DNA of 64,000 bases, from NCBI GenBank assembly GCA_965235115.1, contig OZ249440.1, forward strand, positions 14,384,001 to 14,448,000, read 5' to 3'. The notes below the pieces were generated by a model, which worked only from the letters and a program-made list of their open reading frames with translations, made no database searches and was not told the origin of the DNA. The translations under genes were made by a program, and so were the position numbers. This DNA is from Laetmonice hystrix (Eukaryota). Every line of letters starts with the position of its first letter. Position 1 is the stretch's first letter. Positions 36,731 through 48,024 of this stretch are shown piece by piece.

Positions 36731-37810
36731 AGCTAGGCATCCATAGGTCCGTGTATGCGTATGCGTAATGCGTAGATCTATGCGTAAAGTTGAAATCCAC
36801 GCAGGTGTGTCCGTAGTGCGTATTTCTAGCATCCATAGATGCGTAAAAAAAATAGTGGTACGCACGCGTAGATCTATATATAATTTTTTTTTATACAAAA
36901 TTATCAAAATTTCAGTCCTAGGAGGCCTATAGGATCTAGGCCTATAGATCTAGGCCTATCGATCTGTTGAAAGTACGAAAATGAAAACTTTGTTGAGAGG
37001 GGTGTGAGGCTGACTAGGCCTACCCCTAGCATGCGGCCCATAGATGTGACGTGGAGGGGGGGGGGGGGGGCGGCAGGGCTAATATTAGTAGCCTAGGCCT
37101 ACTATAGGCCTAATATCTCTTGGCCGCGGCTCTACGATGCAGAGGCATAGGAAGCACTTTAAAAGTGGGGGCCAACAAGGCCATGCGCAGAATTTTTCGA
37201 GGGGGGGTTACAGTTTGGCGGGGGGGGGACTGGCCGAGCGCCGAAGGCGCGAAGCCATGCTAGGGGAGTCCGGGGGCATGCCCCCCGAAAAATTTTAAAA
37301 TTTATAATGTAATTTGGTGCATCTTAGAGCACAAAATAAGGTCTGAAATGTGAGAAAATACCCTCCTTCTGCATAGACTCCCATAGACTTCCAATGGCAA
37401 AAGTCAAGGGGAGGGAAAAAGTGGAGGGGGGGGGGCAAAAGATACTTTGGTCCCCCCTCATTTCAAATTGGGGGCCATGGCCCCCTGCCCCCTTTTCCTA
37501 CGCCCCTACGATGTGAAGTAGGCCTATATAGGCCCTATTCGGACTCCTCCCAGGGCCCACAATCTGTCATTCATTCCGGGAAAACACCACGTTTCTTACG
37601 TCATATAATATGGAATTCCCCTGCGTATGCGTAAAAAAAAGGGTCAGGAGGCAATCGCTTGCGTAGTGCGTAAAACCTTACGCTTCACGCATACGCACTA
37701 CGTATCTATGGATGCATGTCAATTGAAATCCATTGTGACCTTTTAATTACGCATTACGCTTACGCATTACGCATGTATACGCATATATACGGATCTATGG
37801 ATGCCTAGCT
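36731..37810. mobile_element. Non-autonomous PIF/Harbinger-type element (1080 bp), TTA TSD, immediately upstream of RMND5
   Basis: TIR AGCTAGGCATCCATAG[G/A]TCCGT[G/A]TA at both ends; TTA at 36728-36730 and 37811-37813; subterminal (TGCGTA)n/(TACGCA)n repeats. Confidence 0.85.
37140..37505. mobile_element. hAT-like poly-G/C MITE nested inside the Harbinger-type element
   Basis: CAGAGGCATAGGAA...TTCCTACGCCC termini; CTACGATG duplicated at 37132-37139 and 37506-37513 (8 bp); the right terminus is slightly truncated. Confidence 0.65.
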
Positions 37811-37990
37811 TTAGTGCAGCTCCTCACCGCCAGGGTCCAGCGACACCTATCGGCGATTTTATATTGTCGCGAATTCTCACCAGATGGCAGGCTTCTCGAT
37901 GATGATAGTAGGTCATATTTTCGACCAATCCGGTTCCAGTCGGACCTTGTCTGCGGACATAGAAGGAAAAAAGTCAACAAGGCGTCGAGA

Positions 37991-40900
37991 ATGGATGCAT
38001 GCCTTGCGGTTGAAAGGGAGATTGACAAAGTTTTGACGAAATTCTCGGACATAGATCGACATGCTTCCAATACTTTACAAGAATTATTAGTGTATGTCCA
38101 AGGAATAAAACAGGAACTGCACGAAGGTATGTATTCGGCGCCCCTGCTCCGGTTAACTAGGCACAAATGAGGCAAGTTTTCGTTTAGATTTCTCTTCGTG
38201 GAACACGGATGTTTGTAAACAACCCCACACAAACAAAGAAAGAGCTAGAGAGACGTCAGGTCCAGCTGGACGCTTTACGTGCTACTTTGTCAGCGTCTGT
38301 AATTTCGGGAAATAGGCTTCTTCAAAATACAATGTGCACCAGTGTTCCATGCGCGCCATGTCCCAGTATGTCAGACTCCAGTCCATGAGTCATGGACATG
38401 ACCATGTCCCAAGTCCAACTCCAAATGTTAATTTCATTCTTCAGTCGACACGTCTCCTTATCAATAAAAGTTTTTAGCAATCATTACATTAGTTCTAGGG
38501 TATGGTATTGTGACAAATTCCTGTTAATTTAAGCACCCGGTAAGAGATTTTTCGCTATGTTTTCGATCGACCAAAAGACCGCCACTAGTGGACTCCCGTA
38601 TCAGGAACGGTATTGAAATCGGCCGCGGGTATTGGCCGCCCGTAATTACCTTGCGACCAGTGGGCGCAGCATGCGGGCAGCTCCACCGGCGACTAACCCT
38701 AGCCCTGACTTACGCTGGTCGCAAGGTAATTACACGCGGCCGATTTCAACTATCGGCCGATTTCAATATGTACCGTACAGCATCGGGAACATTGGCGACT
38801 AGCACCTGTTGACTTAACCACCTGACTCGGGGTGAGTGGACATGGAGTCGGACAATCGCACCAATGACAATGTACAAAAACAATGTGACGCAGGGATGAT
38901 CTGTGGGGGGATTTATTATAAAAGGCCGTGACCATGCGTTAGTGTTACAACTAAGTTACCGTGCTAGTCAGTCTCCAAGAAACTGAATACCGGAGACCTC
39001 GCCAAGACCGCGAGCTCGCCCGCGATTTTCCGGTGACCTCGCCAATAGCCGCCAGGGGGAGGGTCGCCAATAGGTGTCAGGTGGAGGTGCGAAGTCGCCT
39101 AAGCGTCACCTCGCCAAGACACAGGCCTGGCTATGGCTATGCCTGTGGCTAGACAAACTTGTATGCCAGGCCCAGGGCCAGCCTAAGTTTGCCAGACCTA
39201 CCTGCTATATAGTAATATTCCTACGGTATCGTAGGCTATATTTGTAGGCTAACTACGTCTATACGTGTATGAGACCTACGGCTACTAGTAGGCCCTGCTA
39301 GTTAGTCTAGTACTAGGGGTCTGCCTCAGGCCCGTAGCCAAGGGGCGTCCGGGTGCGTATACACCCCCACCCCCACAGCCCAAGCCACCCCTAAATTCCA
39401 AATTCATCAAAATTCTCCAGTAAACTTCATGGCCTAATATGCATAAATAATACCTGAAATGGGGGCGTAATGAGCAGGGACTAGTTGAAAAGTTCTCCAC
39501 CCCTCAGGCATGCAGAACCCTAGACATTCTGTCTTCTGAAAGCATCATGGTCCAGGCCATTCTACCACTAGACACTTAAAAACCCAATTCTTACTGAAGT
39601 AGAGTTTGATGTATTTATTTTAAACAGATAATTATTAGGAGAGTTGGTTAATAATCATCACACAGTCATGTTTATTTGTTCCATTCCAGCATCCCCATCA
39701 ATATTTGAAGCTGTTTACTGCAAATAGTTGGGTCTCAGAGGCGTATCCAGAAATCTAGAAACGGGGGGGGGGGGGGGGGGCGTAATTGGCGTATTACTGG
39801 TGCCGGAGGCATATCGGCTAGACCTATAGAAATCCAGAACATTTACTCCATTAATCGCAGTGCAATAACCAAGACATGCCTACAGAGAAGGAAAGACTGA
39901 AACTGTGGGCCTATTTTGAATATTTTCTTTATTGATTTTTTTTCTTCTGGGACAGCAAACGGAGGGGGGGGGGCGTACGCCGGCTACGCCCTATGCTGGA
40001 CACGCCACTGGGTTTAACTCATGCACTGGCAAAACTGCTAAACCGTACCTATGCACGAAACCATACGTATGCAGCAATTTCTGAATGAAAAATTTCTAAA
40101 TGACCCGGTCCATATCATAATGTAATATTTTATCTGTTAATTCTACACAAAATTCCTGTTATTTAATCACCTTTATGTAAACATTTTTAGTCTCTTTATC
40201 AAAACACAGAAAACCGTACATATGTTGAAAAAATCCATACAATATGATATATGGCTTAATTTCCATATGACCCTTCACAGAGAAGAGATCAAAGTGCTGC
40301 TAAATATAAACACTTGCAATATATTATATGGTGAATCAGTCTCTCCCTTTCACACTACTCAACAAGCTAAGGCAATGCATGAAACCGTACTGCATTTCTA
40401 AAATGCCCGGAACACTGTAATCACTCATATGGCGTGGGAAAGGTACACCTTGTTGGAACCCCCTTTTTAAAATACCTACATATTAATTCGAAGTCAACCC
40501 CTACATCACCCTCAAAATAGCAACGACTTTTAGAACGTCAGGTTTATAAAATAAGAGAATGGGCACAATACTTTAATGCTCCACTATTAAAAAGACCCTG
40601 AGACTTATTTTTTACGGACAGGTAATGCACACATATATCGGGTGTCCCAGAAAAAGTGAACCACTTTTTGACAAGTATTTTCTCAGTGATAGATAAACCG
40701 AATTCATTGAAAATTCTCACACAATAACCTTAGGGTATCATCAACAAGTCTGCAAAATATCTAAAAGATCTGACATAACTTATGCTAGTATTGTCAAATT
40801 CAAAACAGCATGTCAAAAAATCCAATATCAAAGAAAAACCCTTATTTCAGTTTATGCTCAATGTGGCGTCCAACGAAGAAAATGGAAAACTGAATGGATT

Positions 40901-43900
40901 GTAAGTGTAGGCCCTAGAGGCCTAAGCATAGCTGTTGGAGGGCTTTGCGTCCTTCACTGTATACAAACATCCCGCAGGCTAAACAGTACCTGCAGGAGTC
41001 ATGTAGGTCTAGTCTGGCTTGCTTATTCCTGTGGGAATCAGAGATCCCCTCTGATCATCTAGCTGATGCTGGAAATGAATACACGCTATACCATAGAATG
41101 CCCGGGTTACTTTTGGCCCAGCCAGTGTAACCAGACAAATGTTTTCCCATATCTCCATCAAACGTGAGGAACGTTTCAATTTTATTCTTGACTTAAATAA
41201 TGTTATTTGATATGAACAAAGAAAAAACAACATGTAGGCCCTATAGGGGTAAGGTAGGGTAAAACGCCCACTGCGGGTAAGAGGCCTGCCCCATCCCAGG
41301 GGCACAACATGCCTGCCCCAGCCGGGCAGGGGTCCAACCTGCCAGGCCCATCCCAGGGGCACAACATGCCTGCCCCAGCCCAGGGGTCCAACATGCCCAT
41401 CCCAGTCCAGGGGCCCAACCCACCCGCACCAGTCCAGGGGCCCACCAACATGCCCCCTGTCTCATTCGTTATGCCTTCGACCAACATGCCTGCCCCAGGG
41501 TCCAACCTGCCAGGCCCAGCCCAGAGGCCCAACATGTCCACACCAGCCAGGGGGCCCAACCCACTCGCACCAGTCCAGGGGCCCAACATGCCAGGCCCAG
41601 CCCAGGGACCCAACATGCCTGCCCCAGCCCAGGGGCCCAACATGCCTGCCCCAGCCCAGGGGCCCAACATGCCAGGCCTAGCCCAGGGTCCCAACATACC
41701 CATCCCAGTCCAGGGGCCCAACCCACCCGCACCAGTACAGGGGCCCACCAACATGCCTGCCTCAGCCCAGGGGTCCAACCTGTCAGGCCCAGCCCAGAGG
41801 CCCAACATGCCCACACCAGCCCGGGGGCCAACCACATGCCCGAAAGCCCGAAAGACATCCTGACCACGTTATGCAGTCTACCTACAACTGCTCAGAAGCG
41901 CGCCAGGAAAAGAAAATCAAACAAAGCTGAAGTGATAACTGCATCTCCCTACAAGAAAATGCTTGAACAGAGTAACTCCAAGAAGAAGGCCCAACCTAAA
42001 ACGAAAGTTAAGAGCCGTAGAATGCCCCTCAAAAAGAAGCAGTTGTCAGAGAAACCGACTGATGACTCCTCTGATGAGGAGACCTGGCCCCGTTTAGTGT
42101 GTGCTAAACCATTCTCCAACAGTCGGCCTTTTGAGAAGTGGATTCAGTGTCTGTCGTGTAAAAAATGGGCACACGAGGAGTGTACCCCAGGCGATCGCCA
42201 TTGCATTACATTTGTCAGAATTGTGACTCGGATGATGATGATGATTAGGAATGCTTACCAGCGTCTACGCCTGCAAGGTGTGAAACTCAAACAAAAATCC
42301 TTGCTAATTAGGCCTATAGGCCTCGCCTGGCGTACCTATCTGTAGGTAGGCGTTAATGATGTTATTTCAGTTGTGTTGGTTCTAATAAACCATATTTGAA
42401 CTTCCTATTCCTTTTGTTCCTTTTATTCATTTTACCGCTCCCTCGTGGGCGTTTTACCCATTGACGGGGTAAAACGCCCACCATAGGCTACACATTTGTG
42501 GAAATCGTATATTTTTAGCCATTCAAAAAGATGCTAGGTCGATATATCCCTGCATGAAGATAGCTTATTGCTATACGCATTAGATTCAGTTAGTTCAGCA
42601 GTGATCATCATTTTATGTCATTAGTTATCGATATTCTCCCTTAAGGGGGGCGTTTTACCCCACCTTACCCCTACATAGGCCCTACATGTATCTCGGTGTT
42701 AGACAGAGAGGCCTAGACCCTAGGGTTTGTGGAGACAATCCCCCTCCCCCTATTTTTGAAACATGATTCACATGTAGGCCTACCGGTAGTCCTTAAATTT
42801 CGCACATAAAAGGAATGTTCCTTGGACTGTGGACACATGATTTGGTTTAAATTTGTCCATTTCTATGTTTAATAGTTACTGAAAGATATTGGGGCTAATT
42901 GTACTATAATTATAAATAAAACATTCATCCCTTCTCCATAGGCTTGCAAAGCCAAAGCAGAGGAGGGATGCTAATAAGTTAAGCAAACGTGGGACCTTGT
43001 CTACAGCCTATCATCAAATTCATAGGTCCTAGCCTATATGAAGGACGCCTGGGCCTGTACTGGCCATAGGCCAACACTCCCAGTGGCATACGGTACCCAG
43101 AAACTGGACCCAGCCCAGGGGGTGCTGGAAATAACCAACGTCGTAGGCGCTGCAAATTGGGAGGGGGCTGTGGGTAGTTCCCCCATTGACAACAAAATTG
43201 GGCAGATTGAGGGGGGGGGGGGGGCTTGAGCACCCCAAGCACCCCCCTGGGTACGCCACGGACTGCCTACAGGCTATATACTCCTATAATATAGCCTTTG
43301 AGTTGACAGCACGCCCGTGAACGGGTTCCCCGGCCCCCAGCCCCCTAGCGACTGACTGCCGAACTTGAGCAGCTGACGCAAGCTTGCAAGGCGAAGCCGA
43401 AGGGTGGGTTGCACACCACACTTTTTACCATGATTTGCCTTTCGGAATTGGAAATAGAAACCAGGTGATACTGTTCAGTATTCCAGGAATAGAAATACTG
43501 TACAATAGCAAACGGATCTAGTCTCCAGTGGACGCCCGACACTATTGTAGGCGAGCTCGCCACTAGGCGAAGCTCCGCTTTGGCGAGCCGGGAGCTTGGC
43601 GAGCGGGAGTTTGGCGAGATCTCCGGGTTCCAAGAAACTTAAGGCGATTGTGCGATTCTTCGTCGTCGACAGAATCCTTCTTTTACTATAGTGTTTTGAA
43701 AATACAGGTAATCAGAACCTCCCACAGTATTTCCCCAAAATGAGCCACAAAATTTTACCAAACCGCCTGCAAGCAGGTAGAAGACCCTTGGCCTTCAAGC
43801 CTTGGCCAGTCTGCGATATAGGCCTATGGCATGTATGATGTCATAATCGAGGTGATTGTTAAATCTAAGAAACCTCCAGCATTAAAATCCCAATACGGTC

Positions 43901-46900
43901 CAAACTCCCGCAAAATCTTTACAAAACTCCAGCAAGATGGAAAACCCCCCTTGGCAGGTCTGTAAGTACGACTTATTCTCTGTTCTGTAGGTGCAGCATG
44001 TGGAGAGTTGAATGCAGCCCAGACGCTCATCCTAACACAATGCACCAAGAAAGTGAGAGAGACTTTGAGTAAACTGAGTGGCGACCACAAGGATCTACAT
44101 GGCTCAGTCTCAAAAGTTGGCAAAGCAATTGATAGGGTAAGTCCACACCGTGTTCACCCCACCTAGGCTTAGACTAGTTTGATCTCATAATTTTACGTGA
44201 GTGATTTAGAAGCTTCAATCAAAGGTTCATTGAAAACCTGTCATGGTTCATCTTTTGCAGAACTTTGTGTCAGACTTCTCAGCAGTCATCACTGATGGAG
44301 CGTTTGAGAGTGAATCGAAGGCTGTCCAGATTAACAATGTGATCAGTGAGCACTTTCTGCGGCAGGGAATGCTGGACATAGCAGAAAGCCTTATTGAGGT
44401 CAGCAAACCCATCTTCATCTTGCATGACCTATATTCAATCAGTGAAACTGTCCTACCTCATCTAGCATGACCTACTTTCAATGTATAGTTTCAATCAGTA
44501 AACCTGCTGTTGACCTCACTTAGTTGACCTACATCCAATCAGTAAACTAATCCTCAACCTCATCTAGTGTGACTTACATCCAAATTTATATTGTGCAGTC
44601 AAAGAACACTTTGACCCAAGAGGGGCAGGGCTTTTGTCTTCACTGAGGTTGCTCAATGCTCAGTTATTCCTTTTCCTGCTGCAGGATTCAGGGCTACAAA
44701 TAGAGGATGGACAGAAAGAACCTTTCCTGGAGTTACATCGTATCCTGGAGGCTCTGAAGAGAAAAGACCTACGGCCTGCTCTGGAGTGAGTGCAGCTGTA
44801 AATGATCTTGATCGTTACACCTATTCAGGCAAAAAAATCATTCCTTTTGGATCTGTAAAAATAGCTTTGTTGCAGCTGAAATAGCATTTGACAAGTCAGA
44901 AATGGGCTGTTGCGAGTATTCTGATACTGTGTATTTTGTGTTTAGAGTATTGTGTTGATATATATATGTAATTGTCGTTATAAAAATACTGAGCTCTAGT
45001 GTTTCAGATTATACATGTACATGTATGTATAATTTACAGGAGGGAAATTCTAAAGTAATTGATTTTTAAATATCATAGACTGCCCTCAAGTTCTACTCTC
45101 CCACCCCTACCCCCCCTACCGGCTCACACATAATATTATGATAGACTACCCTCAACTACCTATATCTTTAGATCATAGACTTGTGCGATAGACTTCCCTT
45201 CCATATAACTGGGTACGGTATATTAGTCATACAGTTTTTGACAGCCCCATGCCCCATTTTACAGCCCAGTAGATCACCATTGTAATAGCTAGATTGACCA
45301 GGTATTTCAAAACCCATGTGATACCATGCCCAAACTGCAGGATGTATCATTTACCTAGAAATGTTGTAACCATATGGAGTACACTCAAATTTGTATAGAA
45401 AAAAGGCTCCCACTCATACAGCACAGTGTTAAATTATACTGGCATTAACTTTAAGCATCGGGAATCTCATCCAACACAGTTGAATGTCGTAGACACCACC
45501 ATACTTTTACAGGACCTCCCACACTCCTAGGAGTACTAGTAATCTCCCCCCCCCCCACCTCACCTCACCCCCTCCCACATACTTCCCCTTCCCTTAATAC
45601 CATAACATGTACCTGCCTCACGGCAGACTTGTAACTGATTCCAGGTGGGCGCAGATGAACCGTAACCAGCTTCTAGGTCAGGGCAGCTCCTTGGAGTTCA
45701 AGCTTCACCGTCTTCAATTCATTGATCTCGTAGCTCGTGGTGCCGAGAAACAATCGGATGCTCTTCTCTATGCCCGTAACTTTGAACCTTTTGCTGCAAG
45801 TCATGCAAAGGGTAAGGCTTTAACAATCGGTAGTCTGATAAGTTTCTACAGTAAGGGAAAGAAGAATATTCAATAGCGAATCTTCAGGAGAAATAGTTAT
45901 TCTTTTAACTCTGTCGAGTGAAAAGTAAAATAATTTGGCAGGTATTGTGGAAATTAATTTTGTAGAAAATTATCTAAAATGGTTAGAATCTGTTAACATC
46001 TAAAAGCAAAGGGCAAGAAAGTACCTACCCAATCCCCTGAATGGCCCCCTAAGGCCGGCCCTTGCAGCTGCCCTAAGTAAGTGCTCTGCTTGACCTCTGA
46101 CCCATAGAGCTGCAGGTGTTGATGGGAAGCTTGCTGTACATGAAACAAGGGATCGAGAACTCGCCCTATGCTCACCTCCTGGACCCGATAAACTGGGCCG
46201 ACATCTGTGATGTATTCACCCGAGATGCCTGCTGTCTCCTGGGACTCTCAGTCGAGAGCCCTCTCAGTGTTGTGTAAGTTGTTTGTGACCTGTCTCCCTA
46301 TAAGTCAAGTTACCTTTATATGGGAAAAATTATTAAAATGTGACAAGGACGATTTCCTGAAATGTATCAATTTAGCAGGACACACCATTATATAGGAAAA
46401 AACTTGCATTCCCCCCAAAAAAACATTTGTAAGGCAGCAACATTTATCATATGTACGGGTGGAAAAATACGCCTTGCGATTAGGCCATGGCTGTGGCTGC
46501 TTGTTTTAGTGTGTCAAACTACCATCATTTAAATCTACAGTAAAGACACAAAACTTTGCAATTTCTTAACCAAAAGATCTATCGATGCCAGTGTTAAAAG
46601 TCCTCGTAGGTTAGCTGGTTAGGATGTGACATTAATTTGTAAAGGTTGTTTTTGAGTTAGTTGGATAAAAAAGATATTTTGTGTTAACTTCAGTATCCGT
46701 GCTGGCTGCCTGGCCCTCCCTCCACTTCTCAGTATCAAGGAAGTCATGCAGCAGCGCCAGTGTTCAGGGATCTGGAGTGCAAAGGATGAACTGCCTGTAA
46801 GTGACCTACCACCTAAACTAGTTGACACAATGTCCAGAAGGTTGAAGGTGTCTGGTGCAAGTAAGCATGATTAAAAGAAAGAAAATTTCCCAATGAAGTA

Positions 46901-48024
46901 AAAGGTCAGAACGTCTTGCAAGTGAAGACATTTCTTGTGGGTTTTTAGATTCTCTAGTACCCCGTACTCTTGCTGGAGAAAAATGTAAAAGAGGGTTATG
47001 AGTACACCTTAGAGGTCAAAGAGTATATCAGCTATTCTGTGACTGATACTGTCTTTATTAAAGTGCCTATGGCTGTACTTCACTCTCCTTTTGCATACCG
47101 GAATAGCTTTAAATTCTTCAGTTTTTGAATTACCCATGAGAAATTCTGACCAGCATAATGATTGTGATTGTTGTGACTCTACTTCAGGTGGAGATTGACC
47201 TGGGCCAGGAGTGCCGGTATCACTCCATCTTTGCCTGTCCCATTCTGCGGCAGCAGAGCACTGACAACAACCCTCCCGTCAGACTCATCTGTGGACATGT
47301 CATCTCAAAGGATGCACTTAACAAGCTTGCCAATGGAAACAAGTAAGAATTTAATTTTCTGGGGAAAAAATCCAGAATGTTTGTTGGTACAGGGTTCCCA
47401 CAAAGTCACGGAAAATTACATGTGGTTTTCCAGGCCTGGAAAAGTCATGGAAAATAGAAAAACGAGGGAAAGTCATGAAAAAGTCATGGAATTTGAGATT
47501 TCTCTTGGCCTACATTTTTGCTTCTGTTTAAAAGTCTAAATGGTTCCACAATGTAGGCCAACTAGGGGACAATTCGGAATTTGTCATGAAATTTGAGAGA
47601 TTTGGTCATGAAATTTCAATACCAACGTGTGGGAACCTTTTGGTATTAACCAATGATGCCAGTATAGCAATTAGCCACGCATTATGTGTTTGAAAGGCTC
47701 CTCAGTCAAAGGGGTTTAAAAGACTGTCCCATTGATTTACAGCTCAGTTAGAAATAATTACCGTATTTCCTTTTTGCCTTTTTGTTCATTTTCAGTAATT
47801 ATCTACAATGTCCTGTCTGGTATGCCGAGGGCCAGCCAGGTTACCTTCATGTGTCTTTATATGGCGTAGTCCCCTGAGAAGTGCATGTGTACTATGTCTT
47901 TTCCTATCCCAAATTCTCAAATGATACTCTGTGCCTGCACAGAAATCTTCCCTCTTCCAGGGTGAAGTGTCCGTACTGTCCGATAGAACAGTCATCAAGC
48001 GACGCCCGACAGATCTTCTTTTGA
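37991..48024 (+). CDS. RMND5: E3 ubiquitin ligase RMND5 (GID/CTLH complex RING subunit, Gid2 orthologue), 391 aa
   Basis: Exons 37991-38126, 43991-44136, 44261-44398, 44685-44785, 45645-45811, 46108-46273, 46694-46796, 47188-47342, 47961-48024 join in frame (1176 nt). Motifs [90 protein letters not shown]. Confidence 0.97.
38609..38770. mobile_element. Foldback element with nested inverted repeats and a CTAACCCTAGCCCT tract (Helentron/HINE-like)
   Basis: ATTGAAATCGGCCGCG pairs with CGCGGCCGATTTCAA; GTAATTACCTTGCGACCAG pairs perfectly with CTGGTCGCAAGGTAATTAC. Similar TTAGGG-like tracts with inverted repeats occur near 16455, 52830 and 62150-62235. Confidence 0.6.
39736..40010. mobile_element. 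Poly-G-containing MITE with CAG(A/T)GGCG termini
   Basis: CAGAGGCGTATCCAG...CTGGACACGCCACTG. Related partial copies near 14074-14400, 39327 and 43081-43261. No TSD is evident. Confidence 0.6.
40639..40860 (+). mobile_element. Probable Tc1/mariner-type terminal fragment
   Basis: TA-preceded CGGGTGTCCCAGAAAAAGTG resembles mariner TIRs; no partner end was found. Confidence 0.35.
41246..42671 (+). mobile_element. Internally deleted pogo/Tigger-like DNA transposon (1426 bp), TA TSD, in RMND5 intron 1
   Basis: 24-bp TIR GGGGTAAGGT[A/G]GGGTAAAACGCCC with 1 mismatch; TA on both sides; internal 14-bp-arm hairpin of the TIR motif at 42446-42480. Confidence 0.9.
41281..42248 (+). pseudogene. 3' remnant of a pogo-like transposase: P/G/Q-rich repeat linker, basic segment and decayed PHD finger
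   Basis: SPKDIL...[20 protein letters not shown], then WP(R)LVC...[15 protein letters not shown] and, after a frameshift, [13 protein letters not shown]. The first Cys is mutated to Arg, there is a second frameshift near 41836, and no HTH or DDE domain is present. Confidence 0.75.
47390..47638. mobile_element. hAT-like MITE in RMND5 intron 8
   Basis: CAGGGTTCCCAC...GTGGGAACC termini; internal GTCATGGAAA repeats; flanks TGTTGGTA and TTTTGGTA form a near-8-bp TSD. Confidence 0.65.

Noticed and set aside
41203-41867. Minus-strand Gly/Pro/Trp-rich ORFs, and a collagen- or silk-like host gene
   Set aside because: Antisense shadows of the repeat inside a TIR-bounded pogo-like element; no signal peptide or Gly-X-Y periodicity.
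38990-43627. One 4.6-kb element bounded by CCGGAGA[C/T]CTCGCCAA inverted repeats
   Set aside because: No TSD, the interior is a patchwork of unrelated MITEs, and two independent opposite-orientation fragments of one family explain it more simply.
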